Shown: piece by piece, positions 18,227 through 27,321 of the stretch
Layout: every line of letters starts with the position of its first letter
How positions within the stretch are numbered: the first letter of the stretch is position 1
NCBI GenBank assembly: GCA_024275415.1
Contig: JAJRZD010000091.1
Location: forward strand, 1 to 32,000
DNA from: an archaeon
GTDB lineage: Archaea; Asgardarchaeota; Thorarchaeia; Thorarchaeales; Thorarchaeaceae
DNA: 32,000 nt
Direction of reading: 5' to 3'
Notes under the pieces: generated by a model
Told to the model about the DNA's origin: nothing
The model's input: only the letters and a program-made list of their open reading frames with translations
Databases searched by the model: none
Made by a program: the position numbers and the translations under genes

Positions 18227-18982
18227 TCAACGAGATATCACGGACTTTCCAACTTCTGGCTTACGGTGGATGATAAGGGACTCTTTGGCCTTTTTTCCTA
18301 ATTATCTTGCTTCAAGTTCGAGGAGATGCACCTTTCTTGACGGATTAGGATGCTGTTCATGGGTAGCCTCGATGACCGCGAGATCCGCCCCACTGACTAG
18401 ATCAATAAGGCTTTGACACATCCTGCTATCGCCTGTATATGAAATAACAGACTCTCCAATTTGCACCCTATATCCTACTGCTGGCATGAGGATGTCTCTA
18501 TCTGTATCATTCTCCATGCCATAATGTTCCACACCCATCGCCTTGACCTTAAAGAAATCGGTATCGAATCCCGAGCCGTGCTGCAGTTCGAAGACATTGA
18601 TTTGGAACGGTATTGTATCCAGATAGCTTTCCTTGAACCCCCTGACGATATTCATCACTTCAATGCAACCTCTTGGGACTAGGATGTTCAGTGGATCCTT
18701 TCTCTCAAGCATCCTAAGAAAACCGAGCAGTGTCCATAGTCCTCCGACGTGGTCAAAATGTCCATGTGTTATGATTACAAGGTCAATCTCGTTCACAAAG
18801 TCAAGAGACCCTGTGCTTAATAGGTCTCGAACAGCACCATCTCCCACATCCATGAGCAAGATACGTCCCGTGAATTTTGACACCACAATGACAGTCGTTC
18901 CGACACCCGCTGCACTGTACGGAATGGCTACACTAACTTCGTCATTTTCCCAGTTCGCGGTGTGCCTCGCTGGTGCTAGCAT
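18227..18982 (-). pseudogene. MBL-fold RNase Z/BN-like hydrolase interrupted by an in-frame TAA (or a sequence error)
   Basis: Motifs DVGDG, THGHFDH, YTGDS and EATH. TAA at 18304-18302 is followed in frame by LGKKAKESLIIHRKPEVGKSVISR and TGA at 18229-18227. Confidence 0.75.
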
Positions 18983-19084
18983 CTTCTGTTAGTCTCCTAT
19001 GAGTTCACCATCACAGTGTTTCAATTTGTCAAAAAGGTGTCGATGACATATGCTTCAACCGTTGGGGAAATAAATAGGAGGAGT

Positions 19085-19109
19085 TGATGCGGGATGCACT
19101 CCCACATCA
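19085..19109 (-). terminator. Hairpin downstream of the 19116-20228 gene
   Basis: On the minus strand, TGATGTGGGA-GTGCA-TCCCGCATCA forms a 10-bp stem with one G-U, followed by a pyrimidine-rich tract. Confidence 0.55.
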
Positions 19110-19115
19110 GTAGTT

Positions 19116-20228
19116 TCAATCGTATCCCAGTTTTGGCACCCTTGCCATCCATGCCATGAAATACCCTACAAGAACCGAAATGATTAATCCCGCGACCACC
19201 GAGAACATGACTGTGAGGATATCCGGCGTAGTATTGTACATGAGCTGCATAATGCTCCAATATGTGAAGGCGAGTGACATACCCGAGAAAGCGACCTTTT
19301 TCAAGGGGGTTTTTACGCTCTTCGTCTGGAATATGCCTAGATGAGTCATCGCAGCTGCAAGGATCCCTCCTTGTTCTCGCTTCAGGTGGAGCGACTTGGC
19401 GAGCTTCCCTACTGGCACTTTCGATTTTGGACGAACCACGTTCAACGCTTTTGGTGCATATTGTGCGACCTCCTCGGCACCAGGGAATGCCTGTTTCACC
19501 CTCCCAATCAGTTCCTCTTTGCCAATCTTCTCCTTTTTCTTGGGGCGTCGTCTGAGTACCACTGGAGCTGGGAATATGCCGATGTCCTTGGCAGTCTTTC
19601 CTTTTCTCATCTTGCGAGCTGCAAAGATGCCCTTCTGGAACTCGTCAAGAGACAATAACAGGCTGAATACCGCCATGACTGCGAATCCCACGGTGATCAT
19701 CCCAGTAACTGAGCTTAGGGCTCCGGCACCCGTGGCACCAATTGCAAGGGCGAAATTCTCTGTGACCGTGACATTATCAGATGACCCGAACAATGTATAG
19801 GTGAGTGAAAACGTCCCCTCTATTGTGCCTGAAACAAGATCGACACCACCAGGGGTTAGTGTGCTCAGGTCTAATGATGTGTTAAGAATGGTTTCTGAAA
19901 CTCCATTAATCAATGGCACATTTAGGTCAAATGGCTGGTTGAAAATGGGGATGCTCAGGTAAAACATAGAGAATGAACCTGATTTCAATGTGAGGTTCGC
20001 ACCGACATCGATTGTCACAACAAACTCCACGGGTTCTGTTAGGACTATCGGAATCGGATTATTTGCATCGGAATCAGTTGCTGAAGTATCATTGATCTCA
20101 AGCAAGAATGCAAGATTGTCGTCACCACTCCATCCAACAGGCTGTGCCTGAAGTGGCATGATTATGAACGAACCTGTCAAACAGAGTATAATGAACACAC
20201 TAAGAATACGAGGTGCCGCACGCATCAC
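19116..20228 (-). CDS. Membrane protein: signal peptide, extracellular beta domain, TM, basic cytoplasmic domain, two C-terminal TMs
   Basis: Hydrophobicity pattern of the translated ORF. GAGAGA purine-rich sequence upstream. Confidence 0.8.
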   Translation of the reverse strand: MMRAAPRILSVFIILCLTGSFIIMPLQAQPVGWSGDDNLAFLLEINDTSATDSDANNPIPIVLTEPVEFVVTIDVGANLTLKSGSFSMFYLSIPIFNQPFDLNVPLINGVSETILNTSLDLSTLTPGGVDLVSGTIEGTFSLTYTLFGSSDNVTVTENFALAIGATGAGALSSVTGMITVGFAVMAVFSLLLSLDEFQKGIFAARKMRKGKTAKDIGIFPAPVVLRRRPKKKEKIGKEELIGRVKQAFPGAEEVAQYAPKALNVVRPKSKVPVGKLAKSLHLKREQGGILAAAMTHLGIFQTKSVKTPLKKVAFSGMSLAFTYWSIMQLMYNTTPDILTVMFSVVAGLIISVLVGYFMAWMARVPKLGYD

Positions 20229-20299
20229 ATCTCTCTCCTCTATCGGATGATTGTCTATATCAGATACGAGTTCGTGCTTATATCTTTAGAGCGTACGAG

Positions 20300-20664
20300 C
20301 TATCTCGTCCTTCCAAATGCCTCCTCGATTTCCCTATCAAATTCCTCATCGTCCTCTGGCTCAAAATAAACACGTCGTTTCGGTTGCTCTCTCGTCGGCA
20401 GAGCCCAATTCAATGTTTCACCAAATAATAACCTGCAAGACAAGCGATTACTGCTATTATCAACTTCGACTCGCTCAAGGGAATGTTGAATCCTATGATA
20501 ATCCCCACAAGAATCCCTCCAACGAATCCTACAACCACACCTAACAGTATTCGTTCTACTGCTTTTAGATCCCCTTGTCCCCCTATCAGATATCCCATTC
20601 CTATCCCCGCCATGATGGCAGTCCCACCATATATGAGAGTTGGAATATCGAAGAGCGACTGCAG
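20300..20664 (-). pseudogene. Small 3-TM membrane protein with an acidic tail, split by a 1-nt frameshift (or sequence error)
   Basis: The N-terminal TM frame (…MAGIGMGYLIGG…IAVIACLAGY) switches near 20425-20430 to the frame encoding LFGETLNWALPTREQPKRRVYFEPEDDEEFDREIEEAFGRTR*. AGGAGGT RBS lies 7 nt before CTG at 20664. Confidence 0.65.
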
Positions 20665-20727
20665 TAGTGATACCTCCTTGCAAGTCGATCACTCAGAGAT
20701 ACATCACATAATCTTTTGCATTGACCA

Positions 20728-21276
20728 TCACCATTTGTCATGGTGGACTATCTCGCCAATCTCCTTGCGATCTCTGGGTGCTCGCTCTTTTCCCTGAGTT
20801 CGCTCATCAAGCAATGTAATATCGCCAGCGTATCCGATGAAGATTACAGTTCCAATTCGACGATCTTCTGGGATTCCAGTAACATCCTTCAATTTTCGTT
20901 CATCCCAGCCTGCTGTGGGATGGGCTATCAACCCGAGATGGAATGACTGCAGAAGAATATTCTGAGTTGCCAGCCCTACGTCCATCATCCAGTAGGGGAG
21001 CCCATGAGCCCCACATCCTCCGTTCTCTTTTGTGACAACAATAAGCATGACTGGCGCACGTTTTCCCCACGCATTTCCCCTGCTTATTCCCTCGTGTGCT
21101 TGTTGTAATAATTCAGGGCCAGTGATGATCACGAACTCCCATTCTTGAGTGTTGGCGCAGGACGGAGCCAGCCTTCCCGCCTCAAGTATCGTGTCAAGCA
21201 TCTCTCTTGGAACTGGTCGTGTGTCGAATGCACGTTTGCTTGTTCTTACCTTGATTTCTTCAAGTAGTCCTTTCAT
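20728..21276 (-). CDS. Nitroreductase family protein
   Basis: RTSKRAF, EAGRLAPSCANTQEW and MDVGLATQNILL motifs. GGAGG RBS before ATG 21276. Confidence 0.93.
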   Translation of the reverse strand: MKGLLEEIKVRTSKRAFDTRPVPREMLDTILEAGRLAPSCANTQEWEFVIITGPELLQQAHEGISRGNAWGKRAPVMLIVVTKENGGCGAHGLPYWMMDVGLATQNILLQSFHLGLIAHPTAGWDERKLKDVTGIPEDRRIGTVIFIGYAGDITLLDERTQGKERAPRDRKEIGEIVHHDKW

Positions 21277-21319
21277 AACAGTCCTCCTGTGATAGGGGTG
21301 TAATGCATTGGAAGGTATT

Positions 21320-21487
21320 TCACTCCTTGAGTTCCATATACTCGTCACAGTGCTTTGGTATCTCCTGAGCACCACATCCGGCTCCCATCCAGCAGACAAG
21401 CTGGTTCCCTTCTACATGCATATCCTGCCCACAGTGAGTGGGTACTGCAGCCTCTTCGCCACATTTTGTACATACTAATCGCGACAT
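21320..21487 (-). CDS. 55-aa Cys/His metal-binding protein with two desulforedoxin-like repeats
   Basis: Missed by the ORF track. Translation: MSRLVCTKCGEEAAVPTHCGQDMHVEGNQLVCWMGAGCGAQEIPKHCDEYMELKE*. AGGAG/GGTG upstream and a visible internal repeat. Confidence 0.85.
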   Translation of the reverse strand: MSRLVCTKCGEEAAVPTHCGQDMHVEGNQLVCWMGAGCGAQEIPKHCDEYMELKE

Positions 21488-21636
21488 AAAATAGCACCAG
21501 TAACTCCTATGTGTTAACTATATTTATTCGTTATCATATGGTGTCGTTTTGGTGATTCCTGCTTGAACTTGAAAGACTGGGATGAATCCCTGAGAGTCGG
21601 TTATGATTTCTCTTGAAGGCATAAAGTAGACCGCTG

Positions 21637-22896
21637 TCACTTTGGATAGTATTTTCTCAGATCCTCAGCGTAGACTTTCTCTACAGTCTTGTGTGCTCCT
21701 GGTGTGTCAAGTTCGACATCACGTTTTAGAGACTTATCCTCAGATAGGATCTCCTTGAATACCTCGTTCTGGATGATAAGTCGTTGCACCTCGTTACTTC
21801 CAGTCCAGATTGTTGCAAGACGGGCATCCCTGTATAATCGTTCGATGGGGTAGACATCAGTATACCCAATCCCGCCGAGAATCTGCATTGATTCGTGCAC
21901 AGCTTTGAATCCCGCCTCGGTAGCGTATGCCTTTGCCATCGAAATCTCTTTCCGGCACCATGCTCCTGTATCTGCGACTTTAGCTGCACGATAAATTAGG
22001 CCTCTTGCTGCATCAAGTTCCATCGCACAATCCGCGACTTTGAAACTGATTGCCTCAAACCTACGGATTGTCCTACCAAACGCCTCTCGTTTGTCAGCGT
22101 ACCTGGCGGCTATCTCAAGTGCGGCTCTACCCATCCCTATTGAGCCTGCTGCTGATGTCAGACGTTCTGGGCGCATCATGCTGTTGAACACACTATTGCC
22201 ATCATGCAGTTCTCCGACAATGTTCGTTTCAGGCACCTCGACATCCTTCATGACAATTCGAGCCGCTCCCATTCCCCTGCAACCCATCAACTCGTACTCT
22301 TCCTCGACCTTGACGCCTGCATCTCTGTCCACCAGGAATGCACTAAGTGACTTGTGAGGCGGAGCTTCGAAATCAGTCTTCGCATAGATGATGAAATAGT
22401 CCGCGCCGATGCCCCCTGCGACGAAACGTTTCTCACCATTAATGATGTAGATGTCCCCCTTTCTGATGGCAGTGGTATTGGTTCCAAAGAAGTCAGAGCC
22501 ACCACGAGGTTCTGTCAGCCCCTCTCCACAGATTTTTTTACCTTTCAATGTGGGCTGGAGATAATTCCTCTTCAACTCCTCACTGCCATGGAAAAAGATA
22601 CCTTCTCCAATGATGCTTGGTAATGAATAGGCACATCCCAGTGCTATGCCTAGGACACCTACCTCCTCAATTGCAACCATCTCGGAAACCCATCCTAGTC
22701 CTCTTCCACCGTACTCTTTTGGGAATCGCAGTCCCAAGAGGTTCTCTTTGGCCGCAGCCTTTACGAACTCGTACGGATACTCCTTCTCCTTCGAATCCAT
22801 GGCAATGAGAAGCTCTCTATCAACTTTATCTCGAACAAAAGCGCGAACCTCATCTCTGAGTGATCTTTCTTCATCAGTCAAAAGCACATCGAACAT
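21637..22896 (-). CDS. Acyl-CoA dehydrogenase
   Basis: Motifs GLTEPRGGSD, INGEKRFV, AFGRTIRRFEAI, ILGGIGY and IWTGSNEVQR. The likely start is MFDVLL at 22896; the longer start overlaps the ferredoxin. Confidence 0.96.
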   Translation of the reverse strand: MFDVLLTDEERSLRDEVRAFVRDKVDRELLIAMDSKEKEYPYEFVKAAAKENLLGLRFPKEYGGRGLGWVSEMVAIEEVGVLGIALGCAYSLPSIIGEGIFFHGSEELKRNYLQPTLKGKKICGEGLTEPRGGSDFFGTNTTAIRKGDIYIINGEKRFVAGGIGADYFIIYAKTDFEAPPHKSLSAFLVDRDAGVKVEEEYELMGCRGMGAARIVMKDVEVPETNIVGELHDGNSVFNSMMRPERLTSAAGSIGMGRAALEIAARYADKREAFGRTIRRFEAISFKVADCAMELDAARGLIYRAAKVADTGAWCRKEISMAKAYATEAGFKAVHESMQILGGIGYTDVYPIERLYRDARLATIWTGSNEVQRLIIQNEVFKEILSEDKSLKRDVELDTPGAHKTVEKVYAEDLRKYYPK

Positions 22897-22918
22897 CGTT
22901 TCCAATCTCACGCGGTAG

Positions 22919-23251
22919 TTATACATTTCCAAGTAAAGAGTCTAGCGTATCATCAGAGCCCACATGCTTGTCAACGCAGATAGCCTCTGTTGGACACACC
23001 ATCTCACAAATCATACAGAAAATACAATCCCTTTCGTTGGTGGGGACGACCACCATATCCTCTCTGAGAATGGTGAACACACTGGTTGGACACGCATTTA
23101 CGCACTTCATGCATCCAATACACGATTCGAGATGAATTCCTACTATGGATCCATGTATTTCGCCTTCGGCATGCTTAGCGATCCAGATGTCATAGGATTT
23201 TGTCTTTACATCCACATTCCACGTATCTCGATACGTCCGATCGATTGGCAA
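22919..23251 (-). CDS. 2[4Fe-4S] dicluster ferredoxin
   Basis: CIGCMKCVNACP and CIFCMICEMVCP motifs. Confidence 0.93.
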   Translation of the reverse strand: MPIDRTYRDTWNVDVKTKSYDIWIAKHAEGEIHGSIVGIHLESCIGCMKCVNACPTSVFTILREDMVVVPTNERDCIFCMICEMVCPTEAICVDKHVGSDDTLDSLLGNV

Positions 23252-23298
23252 ACGCTTTGACCTTCTCTAAAGCATATCATCAAACTACTGTGCACTTA

Positions 23299-23742
23299 CT
23301 ACTCAAGGTCTCCCAGTCTTTTCTCTCCCTCTATTGCTTGCAACGGGGTGAGATTGATGGTTGCCTCAAGAGTGCCGAGGTATTCTCCTTCTTCGCTTCT
23401 AATGGCTCGGTAGCGGATGAGCACTTTGCTCAGAACCCCATCCACTTGCATATCCAACCAGAAATCAATCTGGTCACGCTCACCACTCTTAAGATACTGG
23501 AGGACTTTCTCTACATTATGGATGCTCGCAGGGGGATGACACATTCGCACGTTCCGTCCAATCACGGCAGGCCCTCTCTTGAAGATCCTGACGCCATGCC
23601 TATTCCAATAAAGGACGTTATCGTCTGCATCAATCACTGAGAAGTCCACTGGAAGGACATCATGCACCATTGAAAGAAAATCTGGAGTCATCGCCTCTAA
23701 TGCCTTGAGTAAAGGTTCAATTCTCATGGTAAATGATGACAT
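23299..23742 (-). CDS. Stand-alone PAS domain protein (PAS_10 / DUF438-associated type)
   Basis: LPVDFSVIDADDNVLYWN...IGRNVRMCHPP...SGERDQIDFW...YLGTLE. The start is 23742 or 23727. Confidence 0.85.
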   Translation of the reverse strand: MSSFTMRIEPLLKALEAMTPDFLSMVHDVLPVDFSVIDADDNVLYWNRHGVRIFKRGPAVIGRNVRMCHPPASIHNVEKVLQYLKSGERDQIDFWLDMQVDGVLSKVLIRYRAIRSEEGEYLGTLEATINLTPLQAIEGEKRLGDLE

Positions 23743-23928
23743 CTGAGATCTTCCTAAAAAATTATGTTTATGGTCCGAAGGAGTTCAGTTATCATCTTGG
23801 ACAGTCATGGGAGAATCAAAGCCCATTTCTGAGCATTTCAGTACCAATGTGCCTAACTCTTAAGAAGCTTTAACATAATGTGACAGCAGGATTCCAGTAG
23901 TCAAAGACCATAGCATGGAGGTTCTCCT

Positions 23929-24414
23929 GTGGAGGAAGTCATCATCAGATTCCGGACGACAAACGGGCTTGAGCAAAGCCGTGTTCTATCCGTCCATGAG
24001 AGCGCGTTGAACTTAGACCTTCGGAATATAGCAGAGATTGACTTGCTCCCACTCGTCTGGTGCAGCAAACTTGAACGACTGTCTATTCGCTATAATCATC
24101 TTGTTGAGATAGATCTCTCCCCACTCAGTAAATGTGTGAGTCTTGAAGTACTGCATCTCAATCATAATGAACTAGTAAAAGTGGATCTCCACCCTCTAAG
24201 TGACTGTCCCCATCTTCGAGAGGTGGATTTGAGAAACAACCACCTATCGAGTGTTGACATCTCACCTTTGTTCCACTGCTCAGAACTGGAAACTTTGCTT
24301 TTGGATGATGATGTGACCTTGACTGCTGACCTCCTACTCCGCTCGATTGGTAGTTGGCCCGATGTCCTAGTAGGCTTGTTTCATCGGATTCTCTGGAAAT
24401 CATCTCATATGTAG
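23929..24414 (+). CDS. Leucine-rich repeat protein
   Basis: About four 24-aa repeats of the form [IV]DLxPLxxCxxLExLxLxxNxLxx. GGAGG RBS before a GTG start. Confidence 0.9.
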   Translation: MEEVIIRFRTTNGLEQSRVLSVHESALNLDLRNIAEIDLLPLVWCSKLERLSIRYNHLVEIDLSPLSKCVSLEVLHLNHNELVKVDLHPLSDCPHLREVDLRNNHLSSVDISPLFHCSELETLLLDDDVTLTADLLLRSIGSWPDVLVGLFHRILWKSSHM

Positions 24415-24452
24415 CGCATTGATCTATGGCCAATATGGAGGAACGAAATACC

Positions 24453-25277
24453 ATGGAACTCGGATTGCATGACAAACACGCATTAGTGACCGGTGCCTCA
24501 AGTGGTATCGGTCTTGAGATTGTAAAGGGCTTCCTCAAAGAAGGGGTAAGAGTGACTGCATCGTACAATACACAACGGCGCGAATTGGCAGACCTATTGG
24601 AAAGACACAAGCCCCATCTGAGTGTCATTCAGGCTGACGTTTCTAACGAGTCTGATGTAAGGGATCTTTTCACTGATGCTGTTTCCAACAATGGCCGTGT
24701 GGACATAGCAGTTGCAAACGCAGGGATTGCCAATCATGAAGGAGTCGGTGTACACAAGATGCCCGTCGAGCAATGGAATCGGATAGTGAGCGTCAATTTG
24801 ACCGGAGCATTCCTCACTGCAAAGTACTTCTTTGCCAATCTTGAATCTAATCCGGGATCCGATGCATCCCTTGTTCTTATCGGGTCTACAGCGGGTGTGT
24901 TCGGTGAGGCATGGTACAGTGACTACTCTACCTCGAAAGCAGGTATGTATGGGCTACTGCGTAGCCTGAAGAATGAGATAGTGCATCTAGCAGATCGGGG
25001 CCGGGTCAACATAGTGAACCCTGGCTGGACAAGAACACCCTTAGCCAAAGAGGCACTATCTGACACATTCACTCTGTCCCGCGTGTTCCAGACACTCCCT
25101 CTCAGAAAGGTCGCCACTCCAATCGATATCGCAAATGCAGTCTTGTTCCTCTCCTCGGATTGTGTTGCAGGACATATCAGTGGACAAGCGCTTACTGTTG
25201 CGGGTGGGATGGAGGGCCGAGTCCTTTTCGCACCAGATGAAGTGGAAGAGCATGCAAAGATACAGGCATCAGAATAG
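24453..25277 (+). CDS. Short-chain dehydrogenase/reductase (SDR)
   Basis: TGASSGIG, ANAG, VNLTG and YSTSK (YxxxK) motifs. GGAGGA RBS before ATG 24453. Confidence 0.95.
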   Translation: MELGLHDKHALVTGASSGIGLEIVKGFLKEGVRVTASYNTQRRELADLLERHKPHLSVIQADVSNESDVRDLFTDAVSNNGRVDIAVANAGIANHEGVGVHKMPVEQWNRIVSVNLTGAFLTAKYFFANLESNPGSDASLVLIGSTAGVFGEAWYSDYSTSKAGMYGLLRSLKNEIVHLADRGRVNIVNPGWTRTPLAKEALSDTFTLSRVFQTLPLRKVATPIDIANAVLFLSSDCVAGHISGQALTVAGGMEGRVLFAPDEVEEHAKIQASE

Positions 25278-25288
25278 GGGTTTCTCCG

Positions 25289-26050
25289 ATGAACGTATTT
25301 GACGATTTGGCTGTAGCCTATGACAACACAATAGACTGGAAATCACGACTGGAGCGAGAGATGCCTCTCATCCTCTCGTCTTTTTCCCAAAAGGAAGGTC
25401 GTAGGGCGTTGGACATCGCATGTGGGAGTGGAAGGCATGCAGTAGCACTCGCCAAGGAGGGATTCGAGGTGTCTGCTTTCGATAGTAGCCCATCCATGAT
25501 TGCCGCAGCCAAGGATCTAGCCAAAGAACAGGATGTCGGAGTGAGTTTTCGGGTGGGCGATATGCTGAGCCTGCATGAACTCTATAATTCCTCTTTTGAC
25601 TTGGCCATTTGCTTGGGCAACTCGCTTGCATTATTGCCCTCATTCTCCAAGTTCGAAACCATGGTGTCATATGTCCATGACCTGCTTTATCCAGAGGGAA
25701 CCTTCATCTTTCAGGTTCTGAATTTCGAGGCCATCGAGTCACAGGGCATCAGGTTCATGCCTGTACGGACGGGACATCTACACACTGGTGAAGAGGTGAC
25801 TTTCAGCAGGTTCCTTGACCACACACAGGGTGACCCCGAGAAGGCAAATCTGGTCTTGTCAGCCATCATAGAGTCAGAAGACGCCAAACCCATCGTTAAA
25901 ACGCAAGAAGTGCTTCGGTTGACCTACGATATTGTACAGGGTGCTATCAAGAAGGCGGGTTTTTCCATGTTCGATGTATTCTCCGACTACTTTAGCAAGC
26001 CATTCCAGAAGGAATATGACCGCAATATTGTTGTCCGAGCACGAAAATGA
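25289..26050 (+). CDS. Class I SAM-dependent methyltransferase
   Basis: LDIACGSGRH, GDM and FDLAICLGNSL motifs. Confidence 0.92.
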   Translation: MNVFDDLAVAYDNTIDWKSRLEREMPLILSSFSQKEGRRALDIACGSGRHAVALAKEGFEVSAFDSSPSMIAAAKDLAKEQDVGVSFRVGDMLSLHELYNSSFDLAICLGNSLALLPSFSKFETMVSYVHDLLYPEGTFIFQVLNFEAIESQGIRFMPVRTGHLHTGEEVTFSRFLDHTQGDPEKANLVLSAIIESEDAKPIVKTQEVLRLTYDIVQGAIKKAGFSMFDVFSDYFSKPFQKEYDRNIVVRARK

Positions 26051-26617
26051 TTATCCAATCCAAATGCGTTCCCATCTTGATTCATTGGTTCTTATGATGA
26101 TCAGTGCCAATGCACTGCCCATGATGATGTTGATGGCCACATTGGCAACAAGGAAGCCGGTCAAGATATCCCCGCCAAGAAAAGTCGAGAAATAGATGTC
26201 CAACGGACCGATAATGGAGTATGGATTAACCCACGGCCATAGTATAGGATTGAATGGATGATACAGTAAATCCACTGCAAGATGGGATACGATTCCCAGA
26301 GCCACCGACATTGTCAGTGTTGGAGTGATATCACACTCGGCTCTCAGTCTTTCCAGATTCAATCCAAAAAGCCTACCAATCAAAGGTGGATAGATGTACT
26401 TTGTCACGAATATTGCCAGAAACAGTCCCACTGTGAAGGCACCAATCAAACTATGAAGGACAAGGTGATCTGGAAGAATATTTTGAAAAAAGATTACCAA
26501 GATTGGAACCTCAATATCTGGGAAGACCGTCCCTACGACCAACCCCGAGAGATTGAGTTTCTTATTAACCTTTGAGATTCCGAAAGCAAAGGGATAATGT
26601 AGCGGTGTAACTGGCAA
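26051..26617 (-). CDS. DUF4184-like integral membrane protein (metal-dependent hydrolase-like)
   Basis: PVTPLH, GTVFPDIE, LHSLIG and SHLAVD motifs. Likely TTG start at 26617 after GGAGGT. Confidence 0.75.
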   Translation of the reverse strand: MPVTPLHYPFAFGISKVNKKLNLSGLVVGTVFPDIEVPILVIFFQNILPDHLVLHSLIGAFTVGLFLAIFVTKYIYPPLIGRLFGLNLERLRAECDITPTLTMSVALGIVSHLAVDLLYHPFNPILWPWVNPYSIIGPLDIYFSTFLGGDILTGFLVANVAINIIMGSALALIIIRTNESRWERIWIG

Positions 26618-26707
26618 TGAGTGACCAACCTCCACCATAGCCTCGTTTATTCCATTGCAATACTCTAAAAAGCCGACTGGTCAGTACATCCCATAGGTGT
26701 AGTGATA

Positions 26708-27223
26708 ATGGGACTTTTCGAATTCGATGGGAAGAAACCAAAAGTGCATCCTGATGCCTACGTATCCCCAAGAGCCTCACTCATCGGTGATGTTGAAATC
26801 GGTGAGGATAGCAGCGTTTGGGAGTTCGCAGTACTTCGAGGGGACATGAACTCTATCAAGGTAGGAAAGGGCTCATCGATACAGGATAATGCAACTGTGC
26901 ACTGCGAGTTCATGAATCCAACTATCATCGGCGACAATGTCACTGCTGGACACAATTGCGTCATACATGGCGCTGTTATTGGTGATAATGTCGTGATAGG
27001 TATTGGTGCCATCGTCTTGTCAGGTGCGAAGATCGGTGAGAACAGTGTTATTGGTGCAGGATCCGTCGTGACTGAGCGCACCGAGATTCCGCCGAACTCG
27101 CTGGTGTTAGGTATCCCTGGAAAAGTAGTGAAAGAGATATCGGATACCATGCGTGACGGTTTCAAGATGAATGCCCAGCTCTATGTGGAACTTGGAAAGA
27201 AACACAAGGAACGACAGTCATAG
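26708..27223 (+). CDS. Gamma-carbonic anhydrase family (hexapeptide repeat) protein
   Basis: Left-handed beta-helix repeats, with LRGD, IQDNATVH, GHNCVIHG metal ligands. Confidence 0.93.
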   Translation: MGLFEFDGKKPKVHPDAYVSPRASLIGDVEIGEDSSVWEFAVLRGDMNSIKVGKGSSIQDNATVHCEFMNPTIIGDNVTAGHNCVIHGAVIGDNVVIGIGAIVLSGAKIGENSVIGAGSVVTERTEIPPNSLVLGIPGKVVKEISDTMRDGFKMNAQLYVELGKKHKERQS

Positions 27224-27321
27224 TATGACAACATTGCAAAGATTTCCACAATCGGACAAAGGTGCCTACAACGACCTCTCTTAACGAAAGATGATATATG
27301 CAGGGAAGCCTTTGATTCTAT

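Noticed and set aside
18302-18304. Stop-codon recoding (Sec/Pyl) as the explanation of the internal stop
   Set aside because: The codon is TAA, and many other genes in the window use TAA as a normal stop. No SECIS-linked in-frame TGA was found in any real gene.
20420-20432. Programmed -1 ribosomal frameshift
   Set aside because: There is no canonical slippery heptamer and no obvious downstream stimulatory structure, so an indel is more parsimonious.
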